Position numbers and translations under genes: made by a program
From: a virus
IMG/VR virus record: IMGVR_UViG_3300042904_000107
Span: 33,145 to 97,144 of that record
Strand: one strand, 5' to 3'
DNA: 64,000 nt
Part shown: positions 48,397 to 58,429 of the stretch, piece after piece
Numbering within the stretch: position 1 is the first letter of the stretch
Layout: every line of letters begins with the position of its first letter
The notes under the pieces: model-generated
Told to the model about the DNA's origin: nothing
The model's input: the letters and a program-made list of their open reading frames with translations, nothing else
Database searches by the model: none

Positions 48397-50205
48397 TTAA
48401 TCCCAGCCATAATGACCATGAAGCCTTTTCAACGCTTCTCGGTCATAATTTCTGGCCGCTCTTTGGAGATCGTCTTCGTATCGTTTCCAGATGGTATCTC
48501 CGGTCCGATGCCAAAGGTCCTTCCCACCATCGATTTCTGGATCTTTTTCTGGTTTATCTTCCTCAATGCCACTTAGTAGATAACCATAAGGTGTTAAATC
48601 GTGCTCAAAATTCGGAGCATAATCAACCTGTAGAGATTGGCGGATTTTTGCTTCCATCAAATCTCGAAAATGTTTCTGTGTTGTCAACCATGAGAAAGTA
48701 ACCAACGTCATTACTAAATCATCGTGGTGACCATCCTCAGCCTCATACTTAGCTGCTGGACCAGTTGCCTCTCCTTTTAGTGAAAAGGTGCTCAACTCGT
48801 CCACAATATCCTTGTCTACAATTACCAGTTTATTAGTTTCAACCAAGACTTTCAAGTTTGTGCATCCTGTTCTACGAACAGGAGTGCTCATCTTGACACC
48901 ACGTTGAACATTTTTACCGGTATTACCAAATCCAGTTGAAAGAATCTGACCAGATCTACCTTTCGTTGCCACCAGCATGATATTTTCATATTCATGGATA
49001 TGGTGCAAATCGTCGGCAATTTGATACCCAGGTCCATCCATCTCGACAAGGATGTAAGCGTTGTTATAACGTTTGGCAATGGGTACAATCGTATCAGCGT
49101 AAACTGTGACTGGAATAGTATTACTTCTATATTTAGCCACAACCTTATACGGAGAATCCGTAACATCAATAACGGTTAGGGCTGAATAGTCTAGTTGCTT
49201 ACCGCGTGCAGTGTCCACACAAATGACGTATACATGAGGAGATCTAATACCGGATTCATCGTCTACGTCTACTTGTGGATCTTCCCACACATCAAAACCA
49301 TTCTGTGTGTGGAGAGTTGCTCGGCAACTCTTCATCATCAATTTAAGGAATTTACCTGAAATCAGTGTGGAGCTTGATCCGAGGAATTCACAACCAAACT
49401 CCTGGTTAAATCTCTCCTCACCCATGACTGCCAACATTTTGTCGGCCCATTCTGGTTTTTCACGGCCAGGAACTTCAGTGTAGTGAACTTCAACCGGTAT
49501 GAAGTAGTTGTATTTCGGATCTGTTAATGGTAGATTGGCGTCTCTCCATAACTCCCAAAAGAGGTTTAATCCTTTTGGTGTCGAAACGATAATCACCTTC
49601 GTAGATGTTCCCGCTGCGTCCGATGCGATTACAGGGAACGTAGAAGTCCAGAATTGGTCCGCCAGTTTATTTTCAATGTGGGCAAATTCATCAAGGAAGA
49701 CAATGTTGTATGTCTTACCACGAACAGATTTTGCGGATGTGGCACTCGCTTCCACAACACAACCATTTTCCAACTCGATGCGAGTTTTGTTCCAAACTTT
49801 CACACCTTGTTGTAACCACATAGGCAACAACTCAAAGGCGAGTTGTAGTCTTGACAATAACTCAATAGCGGTATCTCTTTTGTTAGCCAGGATACCAACC
49901 TTCTTATGCTTATTGAAAAGAATATAATGTAGGAAGTACGCAATCATTGTGGTAGATTTACCACTCTGTCGCGGCATCGTACAGATTGTAAATCGGTTCT
50001 TATGTACGGTATCAATAAGTTTTTGTTGGAAAGCCCACAGAACGAAGTCCGACACACCTTCAGCCAGCGTTACCACTTTAATGTAACGTGTGATAAAGAA
50101 TCCTGGATCATCTTTACATTTTTCCAGGAGTTCTAGTCTTTCTTTAGTCCATTGAATCTTTACGTTTGAATCTTTAAGATTAGGATTTCCAAGATATTGA
50201 GACAT
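48397..50205 (-). CDS. terminase large subunit gp17
   Basis: YLGNPNLK, PRQSGKST, FLDEFA, VSTP.G.N.F, QEFGCEFLGS, HDDLVM. Confidence 0.97.
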   Translation of the reverse strand: MSQYLGNPNLKDSNVKIQWTKERLELLEKCKDDPGFFITRYIKVVTLAEGVSDFVLWAFQQKLIDTVHKNRFTICTMPRQSGKSTTMIAYFLHYILFNKHKKVGILANKRDTAIELLSRLQLAFELLPMWLQQGVKVWNKTRIELENGCVVEASATSAKSVRGKTYNIVFLDEFAHIENKLADQFWTSTFPVIASDAAGTSTKVIIVSTPKGLNLFWELWRDANLPLTDPKYNYFIPVEVHYTEVPGREKPEWADKMLAVMGEERFNQEFGCEFLGSSSTLISGKFLKLMMKSCRATLHTQNGFDVWEDPQVDVDDESGIRSPHVYVICVDTARGKQLDYSALTVIDVTDSPYKVVAKYRSNTIPVTVYADTIVPIAKRYNNAYILVEMDGPGYQIADDLHHIHEYENIMLVATKGRSGQILSTGFGNTGKNVQRGVKMSTPVRRTGCTNLKVLVETNKLVIVDKDIVDELSTFSLKGEATGPAAKYEAEDGHHDDLVMTLVTFSWLTTQKHFRDLMEAKIRQSLQVDYAPNFEHDLTPYGYLLSGIEEDKPEKDPEIDGGKDLWHRTGDTIWKRYEDDLQRAARNYDREALKRLHGHYGWD

Positions 50206-50212
50206 TGTTTAA

Positions 50213-51613
50213 TTACGCACCAAGGGCGTGGAAGTACCAAGCATATGCTGTACCAGCAGTTAAAGCAGATCCGTTTGAGGTAATAACAAACGTTGTTGTG
50301 GTCGTTGATGAAACAAAAGGCTGCACTGTCACCGCAAGGCTGGCAGTTGCTTTATTCGCAGGAACTAAAAGAACCGTAGGCGCGCTACCAAATGCTGTGT
50401 TAAATGTTACTGTAGCAACGATGGCATCCGCCGCAGGTGTTGTACCGGGTGTTAAAGTAATCTTTCCGGCATTATCTAGTCCGGTAATCGCAATTGTAGG
50501 AGTTGTACCCGCACCTGTTCCTTCTAGAATTGTTGGAGCAGAACCACCAATCGTGGCGTGCTCCGGCCAGGTTTCGAGATCCGTTGCGGTATCCGCATTA
50601 CCAATTAGATCAGCAGTAATTTCGTTCGCAGTGAAGTCCCCGTTAGAGTCACGCTTAACGATTGTATCCACCACCAACGATTCTGTGGCTGCGACGGTAT
50701 CATTTACAGACGTGGCAATTGCTGCGGCTGTTTTACCGCCAACGGTTGCTACTGTTGGGTTTGGATACGAACTACCCGTTAAATCACCGCCGGCACTTCC
50801 ACCAGGTGTTCCGCCGTCCTTATTGACAGCAATTGTAGAAATCGCGGTAATACGTCCCTTTACATCTATTGTAATAACCGGAATATTGTCAGCATCACCG
50901 CTTTCACCAGCGGAAAGTCCTGAAAGAGTTGCAAGGACTGGATTTGGTAGGTCACCTGATAGATCTCCGCCAACACCACCGGTCGATGTAATTACCTTTG
51001 CTTTGAAATCGACGTAATCAGTGTCTCCGGAATTTCGAGCTTCGAGTCCTGCCACCACACCTTTAATTCGGTGTGCGCTATTGATTTGAAAGCTACCAGC
51101 ATTTGTCCCAGTATCAGTATTCTGGTCATGTGCTTTCGTTGCGGCGCTTGCTACAGATGCGGCGCTTGCTCCACCAACAGTCGATACAGTTGGATTCGGA
51201 TAAGTTCCACCAAGATCTCCAGCGGCAGATTGTGCTCCTTTAATAACGTTCCCAAGGCTTGCACCTAGAGCCGTTTCAATAGCCTTAATTTCTGCGGCTA
51301 TCTGATTTCTATGCCAGTCAAAAATGTAACCATATCCGGTTACACCTGAACTATGTGATGCCGCAGATCCAATGAACCCGCGTTCGCAATTCTCAATGGT
51401 ATTTCCACTTAAAGGTCCAAGCGCCTTCACTACTTCATTTTCGATGGCAATTAAACACGGAAGGTGGAAAACTGTGGCATCCACAAACGTAATATCTGTG
51501 ACAGATCCGTTTATAGCACCGTTCAAGTTGGAATAGGCATTATCCTTAACAACTAGTAAATCCGCATCTACGGCTACTGCGGTAGGAAATACCGCGGAAT
51601 TTGGATTAGGCAT
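50213..51613 (-). CDS. fibre-like structural protein with GDL.G.YPNP repeats
   Basis: three GDLxGx(Y/L)PNP repeats; A/G/T-rich. Confidence 0.65.
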   Translation of the reverse strand: MPNPNSAVFPTAVAVDADLLVVKDNAYSNLNGAINGSVTDITFVDATVFHLPCLIAIENEVVKALGPLSGNTIENCERGFIGSAASHSSGVTGYGYIFDWHRNQIAAEIKAIETALGASLGNVIKGAQSAAGDLGGTYPNPTVSTVGGASAASVASAATKAHDQNTDTGTNAGSFQINSAHRIKGVVAGLEARNSGDTDYVDFKAKVITSTGGVGGDLSGDLPNPVLATLSGLSAGESGDADNIPVITIDVKGRITAISTIAVNKDGGTPGGSAGGDLTGSSYPNPTVATVGGKTAAAIATSVNDTVAATESLVVDTIVKRDSNGDFTANEITADLIGNADTATDLETWPEHATIGGSAPTILEGTGAGTTPTIAITGLDNAGKITLTPGTTPAADAIVATVTFNTAFGSAPTVLLVPANKATASLAVTVQPFVSSTTTTTFVITSNGSALTAGTAYAWYFHALGA

Positions 51614-52144
51614 TTATTGTCCCTCTTGTTCTCGTTTCTTTTTTCTAGATGCCTCAATCGCCTCTAGGATTTCCATTGTGGTTCCTTCAAGAATGACATT
51701 GTTCACCTGGTCGGCATGTTCTATTGATACCGGCGTATTTTTATCACCATCAGAAGCTATCTTCTTTTGGAGAAGATTCATATCTTTCTGGAGTTGCATC
51801 AACTGACCAGTACCCTCAATTAAGACCTTCAAAACACCGCCGGCGACTTCATATGTTCGCGGCGATTCTCCTTCTTTGGCTAATTCGGTGATACCTTCAA
51901 GTACCTCGTTACCTTTCATTAGCAAATTGTGGAGATTAGTGCGGGCAAAGTCATAATCATCCTGTGCGTCTTGGGAAATGATTGGAGCAGGCGGCGCAAC
52001 AACAATGGGTGGTAAAACTTCCGGTACGAGAGCTTTTTGGATCTCAATCGGAAGTTTTGCGTCAATCTCTTGCTGTGCGGCACCGAGCGCATCCTCAATT
52101 CTTGTTGAAAGCGGTTGCTTCTTTGGTCTGCCTCTAGTAGCCAT
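51614..52144 (-). CDS. terminase small subunit gp16
   Basis: DYDFARTNL, ESPRTYEVAG. Confidence 0.9.
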   Translation of the reverse strand: MATRGRPKKQPLSTRIEDALGAAQQEIDAKLPIEIQKALVPEVLPPIVVAPPAPIISQDAQDDYDFARTNLHNLLMKGNEVLEGITELAKEGESPRTYEVAGGVLKVLIEGTGQLMQLQKDMNLLQKKIASDGDKNTPVSIEHADQVNNVILEGTTMEILEAIEASRKKKREQEGQ

Positions 52145-52153
52145 AAACTATAT

Positions 52154-52885
52154 TTATGATTCCACAACCTCAAATGGGCCACTCTGAAGTGCATCAGAAG
52201 GATCAGGTTCAACGTGGATAAGTGTATCATCGACGTTAACGTCGATTTCTGTAATAACCTTTTTCGTTTTCACTGGTGGATAAAGTTCACCACGTCCTTC
52301 GAAATTAAATTCCCACTCAAGCGTGCGTTTGTCTAAGAAATTCCCTTCAAATGAATCCGATTGGCTATTACCAGTCAAACTGAACACAATATCTCTCCGC
52401 AAATTAATTTGCGGAATCGTCATGATTGGAACAGAAAAATCAGGCTGAAAAAACGGTAAAAACTGTTCTATAATCGCATAACCGTCTTCTAGAGTCCTGG
52501 TGGCAATATGTAGTGAAAAATCAAACAGGAACGGAACAGGGTTCAATTGGCGCTTCACTGTCGCATTCGTTGACTCTAATCCTACACGATATAGTATTGG
52601 AGATAGCTTACGTCTTGAATCGTATCGGAAACCATTCAACATGTATGCCATGCGCGGTAGAACAATTTGGACGTGCTTTTGTTCCGCTACGTTACCGGCA
52701 TTCGGATCACTGATATACCGCTGGGCCCATTTCTCTTTTGTGGATTGTTCGATCGGAACTTTGATCGTCTTCACCACATTTGTATTAGGGTCTTTGCGTT
52801 CGATTGAAATGTCCTGAAAGATCCAACCAAAAGTATTGGTGTACTTTTCAATCGTTTTGTAGTTATAAGGTGAATTACCTAGCAT
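52154..52885 (-). CDS. tail sheath stabilizer gp15
   Basis: FG..F.DI, KVPI...KEK, LPRM, IEQ.LPFFQP. Confidence 0.92.
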   Translation of the reverse strand: MLGNSPYNYKTIEKYTNTFGWIFQDISIERKDPNTNVVKTIKVPIEQSTKEKWAQRYISDPNAGNVAEQKHVQIVLPRMAYMLNGFRYDSRRKLSPILYRVGLESTNATVKRQLNPVPFLFDFSLHIATRTLEDGYAIIEQFLPFFQPDFSVPIMTIPQINLRRDIVFSLTGNSQSDSFEGNFLDKRTLEWEFNFEGRGELYPPVKTKKVITEIDVNVDDTLIHVEPDPSDALQSGPFEVVES

Positions 52886-52888
52886 CGT

Positions 52889-53500
52889 TTACTCCGTGAA
52901 TGGGTTTCTCTGGTTGGGGTCAAGGAATGTTTCAATGCGTGTCTTAATCTCTTCATTGTCTGCTAGAGGGTCGGGTGCATCCTCTAACTCTGATACAATC
53001 GAGTCGATGTCGGTATTACCAGTATCAACCTCTTCATGACTGTAACGGAACTTCTCACATGTGATTTTCCAGACGTAAATTTTACCAAGTTGATAAAAGA
53101 CCTCTTCGTGGTCCGCAAACGTTACTTCCAAAATGTCCTTCGTTATTGGGAGATATATCAAGTCTCCTTCTTGCGGTCGAGGTAGGTCGGGAATAGTTTC
53201 ATCGAAGCGTTTCTTGGAAACATTGAAAACCGCCTGCTTATCAATGTTAAGACCAAACTTATTCAGGAAGTTTTTATCGCCCAGGAATCCTTCGACATTT
53301 TCCATATAAGCTTCAATGGTAAAGGACTGTAGAAACGCTCGTTGTGCGTCCTCACCAAAGATCTTGTCAAAGTCTACCAATGTCTTGGGAACGTAGACGA
53401 TATCCATTCCGTAAATTTTAATAGCCTCAATAATAAGGCCTTCCAATGTATTCTGCTCATTTGTGGCAGTGAACTTGACGAAGTATGGATTCGTAGGCAT
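52889..53500 (-). CDS. neck protein gp14
   Basis: E.IKIYG.D..Y.P, FGED, KFGL, P.EGDLIY.P, FYQLGK. Confidence 0.93.
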   Translation of the reverse strand: MPTNPYFVKFTATNEQNTLEGLIIEAIKIYGMDIVYVPKTLVDFDKIFGEDAQRAFLQSFTIEAYMENVEGFLGDKNFLNKFGLNIDKQAVFNVSKKRFDETIPDLPRPQEGDLIYLPITKDILEVTFADHEEVFYQLGKIYVWKITCEKFRYSHEEVDTGNTDIDSIVSELEDAPDPLADNEEIKTRIETFLDPNQRNPFTE

Positions 53501-53573
53501 AAATTTCTGTCCTATTTAGGGGAAATGGTCTAGCTTGACAAACCATTTTGGCCTTGATATAATGGCCTAGAAA

Positions 53574-53726
53574 ATGAGCGAAGCGAAGAAAACGAAGAGT
53601 GCCGGTGGCACTAAGAAGCCGAAGAAGACAAAAACAGAAGATCTCGGCTACACTCGTATCGACATGAGCACCATGGAACCGGTCAGCGGTCGACCGATAG
53701 TCCTATTTCGAAGGATCCACGGATGA
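53574..53726 (+). CDS. small Lys-rich protein
   Basis: hand-translated 50 aa directly behind TTGACA-17-TATAAT (53535-53563). Confidence 0.45.
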   Translation: MSEAKKTKSAGGTKKPKKTKTEDLGYTRIDMSTMEPVSGRPIVLFRRIHG

Positions 53727-54070
53727 GCAACGTACTAGAACACAAAGCCGAAATCATTCGAGATTACCGAGAAGGTGTTCTCAATTTCGAGACCATTCGG
53801 GCAAAGTATAACGCGCGCCGAGAAGATATGGTCGAAATGCTGCGGTCAGAGGATGTTCCTCTTCGGGGACCTCTGAAGCGTTCACCGACAAAGAGTGGCA
53901 CGAAAGTTGCTACCGTCGGGACGAAAATCCTTTACCTTTCCGATAACCTGACAGTCGGTACTATTTACGAGAGTCCGGACTACGGGAAAGGTGAAGTGCT
54001 CGAAAAGTATCCAATTGGCAAGTCAGTTTCAGAATATCGAATCAAATTTGGTGGTCAGTTAGTAAACTGA
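53723..54070 (+). CDS. hypothetical protein (possible HTH N-terminus)
   Basis: coupled ORF. Confidence 0.55.
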   Translation: MSNVLEHKAEIIRDYREGVLNFETIRAKYNARREDMVEMLRSEDVPLRGPLKRSPTKSGTKVATVGTKILYLSDNLTVGTIYESPDYGKGEVLEKYPIGKSVSEYRIKFGGQLVN

Positions 54071-54265
54071 CCACCATCGAGGGCCCTAGTATGTACCTGG
54101 TATCCGTAACGCCAGAGCATTATTTAATGGCGACACATTTCAACTCAATTGACACGACAGCTAAAGAGGAGCAGGCTTTGAAAGTAGAGAAGGATGATGT
54201 AAAAAGTACGATTGCCGCTTTGCGTCGTCTAGGTTACGAACCTCTTCTTGTGAAAATCACCTAAT

Positions 54266-54577
54266 ATGAAATGGCCTTGGACAAAAGAACCTCCACCTCC
54301 ACCGAAACTTAAGCCTCCCCGACAACCACAAACCTTCGGGGAATACAAGGATCTGGTGAGACAATATCTCCTTGATTGGCATCGAGACACACAGATCGAG
54401 GAGTCAGGTGATCTGGATTGGATGATGCGTCCAGAAATCTGCGACCAATATCTTGCCGGTTGGTTCCATGACGGCTTCACACCAGCAGTGGCCGCCGATG
54501 CATGGTATGCCGAGTCCAACGACCCTTACGCCTTCGATCAGACACGCGACCCGATAGGGTTTACAAAATCCTCTTGA
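54266..54577 (+). CDS. hypothetical protein
   Basis: ORF. Confidence 0.55.
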   Translation: MKWPWTKEPPPPPKLKPPRQPQTFGEYKDLVRQYLLDWHRDTQIEESGDLDWMMRPEICDQYLAGWFHDGFTPAVAADAWYAESNDPYAFDQTRDPIGFTKSS

Positions 54578-54617
54578 CATCCTCGACTTGCGCGAGTATG
54601 TTATAATTGGGACCGAT

Positions 54618-54908
54618 ATGAAACACACGCTGGATGCCGATCAGGAGAAACAGAAACAGGCATTAATCCGCAGCGCCAAGCAGGCTTTCTCCGGAGATCC
54701 GAAATTACTTGACGAATACACCAACGAGGATTGGCGGTTGGCGCGTGTCGATGCGAACGTGAAGACTCTTATGGAAGGAGATATCACGATTGCGCGCAAG
54801 TCTGAACGCCCAGAGACTATCATTCCCAGGGTCTACGCCTATTGCTGGAGGACGAAGACCCAAATCACCCTTCATACCACAGATCCGATCGAATTCTTAG
54901 AAGATTAA
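54618..54908 (+). CDS. hypothetical protein
   Basis: ATG 10 nt after TATAAT. Confidence 0.55.
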   Translation: MKHTLDADQEKQKQALIRSAKQAFSGDPKLLDEYTNEDWRLARVDANVKTLMEGDITIARKSERPETIIPRVYAYCWRTKTQITLHTTDPIEFLED

Positions 54909-54951
54909 AACGCCATTTGACAATGGCCCGTTTTCGTGTTATCTTTTAATT

Positions 54952-55077
54952 GTTGTTGCGATAGAGTAATCGGGAAACGTCTTCGTCTGTCTCGCTAACT
55001 AACCTTGCGTTTCCCGATCCTTCTTTCTCGCGTCTCGCTGCGGCGGGCTGGAATCTCTCATCAGCCCGCCGCTTTTC
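54952..55077 (+). ncRNA. candidate small regulatory RNA
   Basis: TTGACA-17-TATCTT promoter (54917-54945), no ORF, 11-bp stem 54969-54979/55008-55018, terminator 55040-55076. Confidence 0.7.
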
Positions 55078-55090
55078 TCACCGAGACTGG

Positions 55091-55492
55091 ATGATTACAT
55101 TATCTTCTCAACTCATCGAACGCCTACTTCCTAATGCACCTTTTCGTGCCTTATTCCGTAGGGATCCGTCTCAAGGGTGGGTTGGTCTGGTGGAGTATTC
55201 GTTCAGCATGGACTGGAGTCCAGATCGAGCTTTGATCTTATGGTCTGGTAAATATTTTAGTAATATTGGAACAACCGGCGAGATTGATGCGGTAGAGGAC
55301 GGAAACCAAATATACCAGACATATCGCAAACAATACCCAAATGATTTGCTACTCCTTGTGGACCCGACAACACCGGATTGCCCTTTTGAGATCAACTGGG
55401 AAGCTTGGTTGAATGCCACAAATAAATTCAACAAGCGCAACGCTCCGTTTAAAGCTGTTGACCGGAACAACGCCGTTCCGATAAAAATATAG
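55091..55492 (+). CDS. hypothetical protein
   Basis: ORF. Confidence 0.55.
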   Translation: MITLSSQLIERLLPNAPFRALFRRDPSQGWVGLVEYSFSMDWSPDRALILWSGKYFSNIGTTGEIDAVEDGNQIYQTYRKQYPNDLLLLVDPTTPDCPFEINWEAWLNATNKFNKRNAPFKAVDRNNAVPIKI

Positions 55493-55540
55493 GCCAAATC
55501 TATTGACTTCCTTGGTCTAGATGTAGTACCCTGTAATTGT

Positions 55541-55861
55541 ATGAAATACGCACTACTGACCTTCAATCTTTTTCCCGGCATCACCGGGACACTTGTGGTC
55601 GATGCCCTCAGCGCCGCTGAACTGATTGCCGATTCCGTCGTGAACGGAGAGACGGTGACTGTGACAGGTATCACCGTCCTTGAGGCCGCCGCATTGGCAC
55701 CGGAACTGTTTTCTGATCCGGTTTTTGTCCAAGACTGGGTGAACGCCACATGGACACAACTCAACAACTTCCTCGCAGCGGAAGCCGGCTACGAGAACCC
55801 GAACACCGAACTCGCCCAGGATTACGAGTACGGAGCCGCCGCACCAAATGGCCTCTGGTAA
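55541..55861 (+). CDS. acidic hypothetical protein
   Basis: ORF directly behind TTGACT promoter; hairpin after stop. Confidence 0.6.
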   Translation: MKYALLTFNLFPGITGTLVVDALSAAELIADSVVNGETVTVTGITVLEAAALAPELFSDPVFVQDWVNATWTQLNNFLAAEAGYENPNTELAQDYEYGAAAPNGLW

Positions 55862-56074
55862 CAAACACCTCCGAAGTACAAAAACGCAGTAGTGCCAACC
55901 CACCTCACCAACGGGCCTATCGGTTACCCCAACCGATAGGCCCGTTCGTCTTTCTCTACAAATATTATTAGACCCCTGTTGACTTTCGTTAATAACCGTT
56001 GCATCATACTCATATGAGGGGCGCGACAAACGCTTCCTCGATCCAAACATTAACTCTAGAGGAGAAGTACAACG

Positions 56075-56401
56075 ATGCAACCGCAGGGAAATATTCCCAC
56101 TTTCGAGATCGACCTCGGCAACACGTCGGACTCAAACTCACCGCGCGTCAAGTTGCTCAACTGGAACACGGTGAACTATGCCGACATTTACGCCGACCAA
56201 ACCGGAGAGAAATCGAAGATCACCAGAATCACTCTCCACTACAACAACGGCACCCAGCAGGAGCTCCAAGGCCACATCGCCTGCGAGAACTTCCTCTCGC
56301 AGTTCCAGTCCCAAATGGGCCAGTCCTTCCAGACGTTTCTGAGCACGGCCATTCCGACCGTCTCCAGCGCCGGCAGCGGAGGTCTGCGATCCCGCACCTA
56401 G
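56075..56401 (+). CDS. hypothetical protein
   Basis: AGGAG SD. Confidence 0.6.
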   Translation: MQPQGNIPTFEIDLGNTSDSNSPRVKLLNWNTVNYADIYADQTGEKSKITRITLHYNNGTQQELQGHIACENFLSQFQSQMGQSFQTFLSTAIPTVSSAGSGGLRSRT

Positions 56402-56561
56402 CGGCCACAAGTTCGCTCCGTTTGAGAGCGAAGTAGGGACAAGCCCACGGTGGTTCCCGCGAAGACTTTTCACGAAGTGGCCCCACCACTTCCGAAAAAG
56501 GAGCTTCCCACCGTGGGCCCTACAATTTCCGTCCAATTCCCACAGAGACCAAGAGGACCAA

Positions 56562-56951
56562 ATGCGCGACAGTCAGATTATCCTTGTGGTCGAGGACGAA
56601 ATATCCATTCAAAAGCTCCTCAAAGCCACGCTACAGAGCCAAACAAAGAACTACGATCTCCTCATCGCCGACTCCGGAGAAGAAGGGCTCCGATTCTATC
56701 GCGAATTCCGCGCCCGCATTGCAGTGGCACTCATCGACTACTCACTCCCTGGCATGAAAGGCTCCACGCTGATTAGACGCCTCAAAGAAATCACACCGAA
56801 CGTGAAATGCATCCTGATGACCGGACATCGGACAGTAGACGACATTGACGAGGCGACCATACCGGTGCTCAATAAGCCGTTCACAATCCAGAATCTCATG
56901 AAAGTTCTAGGGGAAGCCATTCCAATAGAAAGTAAGCAAGAAAACAAATAA
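56562..56951 (+). CDS. single-domain response regulator receiver (CheY-like)
   Basis: ILVVEDE, LIDYSLPGMKG (phospho-Asp), ILMTG, LNKPF. Confidence 0.9.
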   Translation: MRDSQIILVVEDEISIQKLLKATLQSQTKNYDLLIADSGEEGLRFYREFRARIAVALIDYSLPGMKGSTLIRRLKEITPNVKCILMTGHRTVDDIDEATIPVLNKPFTIQNLMKVLGEAIPIESKQENK

Positions 56952-57264
56952 CCTTCATTTCCTTTTCCCCTTTGGGTCGGCCGGTTCGGGGCCGACCCTT
57001 CTTTTTTGTCAGCCCTCGACTTGGCAGAATTCAGTGGATACCAGCGAAAATTTTTTTGGATAGAAAATCCTAGAAACAATTTTTATGGCCGTTCTGGTGG
57101 CTGGGTCTACGGTGCCCGCGAAAATTTTTTTATTTCAAAAATCTTGCGTCCGCATACAAACTTCTTGCCTCTTGAAGTTTCAGATTGTAGCTAGACACTC
57201 TCTGGAGAGCGTATTTCAGATAAAAAGATCTTAAATCACTTTGAGATACAAAGTAGTAAGTCAC

Positions 57265-57310
57265 AAAAAAGCGCGACTAACAGCGTTACGTATTCGCTAT
57301 CAGTCGCGCT
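57265..57310 (-). terminator. intrinsic terminator of the GG/CC-free unit
   Basis: AGCGCGACTGATAGCG..CGCTGTTAGTCGCGCT followed by a T run. Confidence 0.8.
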
Positions 57311-57319
57311 AACTCTCAC

Positions 57320-57550
57320 TTACATGCTGTCGTCTGTCTCAACTGCAAGAGCGTATGTGTGAAACTGCTCGTGATTCGCGTCGAATGTCAAACGCGCGAC
57401 ATCAAATTCTGTTACTTCGACTTTCTCTGTTGCTTCTGTGTTCTCGAAGAAGACAAACTGTGTAGCGAAGTAAGCTAACACAGTGTCATCTAAGCGAGTG
57501 TCAGTGTCTTCAATCGAGTTGAGTTGTTCTTTCAGTTGTCTATACGTCAT
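57320..57550 (-). CDS. acidic 76-aa protein with no Gly/Pro/Trp
   Basis: leader CGAAAGAGAGAACA-ATG identical to the upstream gene. Confidence 0.75.
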   Translation of the reverse strand: MTYRQLKEQLNSIEDTDTRLDDTVLAYFATQFVFFENTEATEKVEVTEFDVARLTFDANHEQFHTYALAVETDDSM

Positions 57551-57605
57551 TGTTCTCTCTTTCGTTGTTGTGCGCGCTAGTCACGTTCTAGCGCGCTCGT
57601 GTCTG

Positions 57606-58193
57606 CTAACTAAGTAACTGAAGCGCTTGCTCGTTCTGTGCTTCAGTCAATTGCTGTTCGTCGCGTTTCGCGTTCTGAGCGTCGATAGCGCGATCTGTTG
57701 CGCTCTGCTTCGCTTCGCGCTTCGCTTTCGTTTCGCGCTTCGCTTTCGTCGCTTCGTTCGTCGCTTTCGTCACAAGCGCTTTGCTGTCGCTTTGCTTCGC
57801 GTCGCTCGTTGCGCTTGCAAGCTTGCAACGCTTCAGATCGTACAGATGTGATGCTGTCTGAAGCGCTTTGTTCTTCGTCACGTAGTACACAGCGCAGCGT
57901 CGCTCACTATCGACGCTCACAGATGCGTGATAGATCTCAGAGCGCTTATACATGCGCTTTGCATAGCGCTGTTTCGCGTCGTCGCTCACGTTGAGTGCTT
58001 CGTCTTCTTTGATGTCGCGCACAGCGCAATAGCGCTTGAGAGCGTCTTTATCGACGTTGCGCGCAACGAGCGCATCGAAAAACGCGATGATGAGTTGAAT
58101 CATCGCGAATTGCTTCGCGTTGAACTTCGTAAGCGTGATGAGCACGCTATACGCTTCGTTCGTTTCTTTGTTAATCGCTTTTTGAATCGACAT
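57606..58193 (-). CDS. 195-aa protein with no Gly/Pro/Trp and Ala/Lys-rich helical C-terminus
   Basis: leader CGAAAGAGAGAACA-ATG; long ORF. Confidence 0.75.
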   Translation of the reverse strand: MSIQKAINKETNEAYSVLITLTKFNAKQFAMIQLIIAFFDALVARNVDKDALKRYCAVRDIKEDEALNVSDDAKQRYAKRMYKRSEIYHASVSVDSERRCAVYYVTKNKALQTASHLYDLKRCKLASATSDAKQSDSKALVTKATNEATKAKRETKAKREAKQSATDRAIDAQNAKRDEQQLTEAQNEQALQLLS

Positions 58194-58429
58194 TGTTCTC
58201 TCTTTCGTCTCGCAAGTTAGTTTGTGTTGTGCGTCTAGCGTGCTATGAAATCAGCATGTACTAGCGCGTTTAGTGCGTTTCAGTTGTCAAAGAGCAAGTT
58301 ACTAACACTACATTCAGTTGTTGCACTCGCGAAACATACGTGAGCTTGTCTAGCAAGCTTTAGACTCGAATCTAACAGACATGAGCACGAGCGCTGTTAG
58401 CGTTTCGCTTACTTCGTTCTGACATAATC

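Noticed and set aside
25008-50205. Introns/inteins in core genes or stop-codon reassignment
   Set aside because: gp46, gp47, UvsW, gp17, gp20 and gp23 are continuous and of near-normal length in the standard code
50205-51017. 270-aa plus-strand ORF and similar antisense ORFs throughout
   Set aside because: Shadows of well-supported minus-strand genes, with no motifs or RBS
57606-58193. GG/CC absence as a simple low-complexity or amino-acid composition effect
   Set aside because: The absence extends over codon junctions, Ala/Thr/Ser/Arg codon choice, RBSs, leader and terminator
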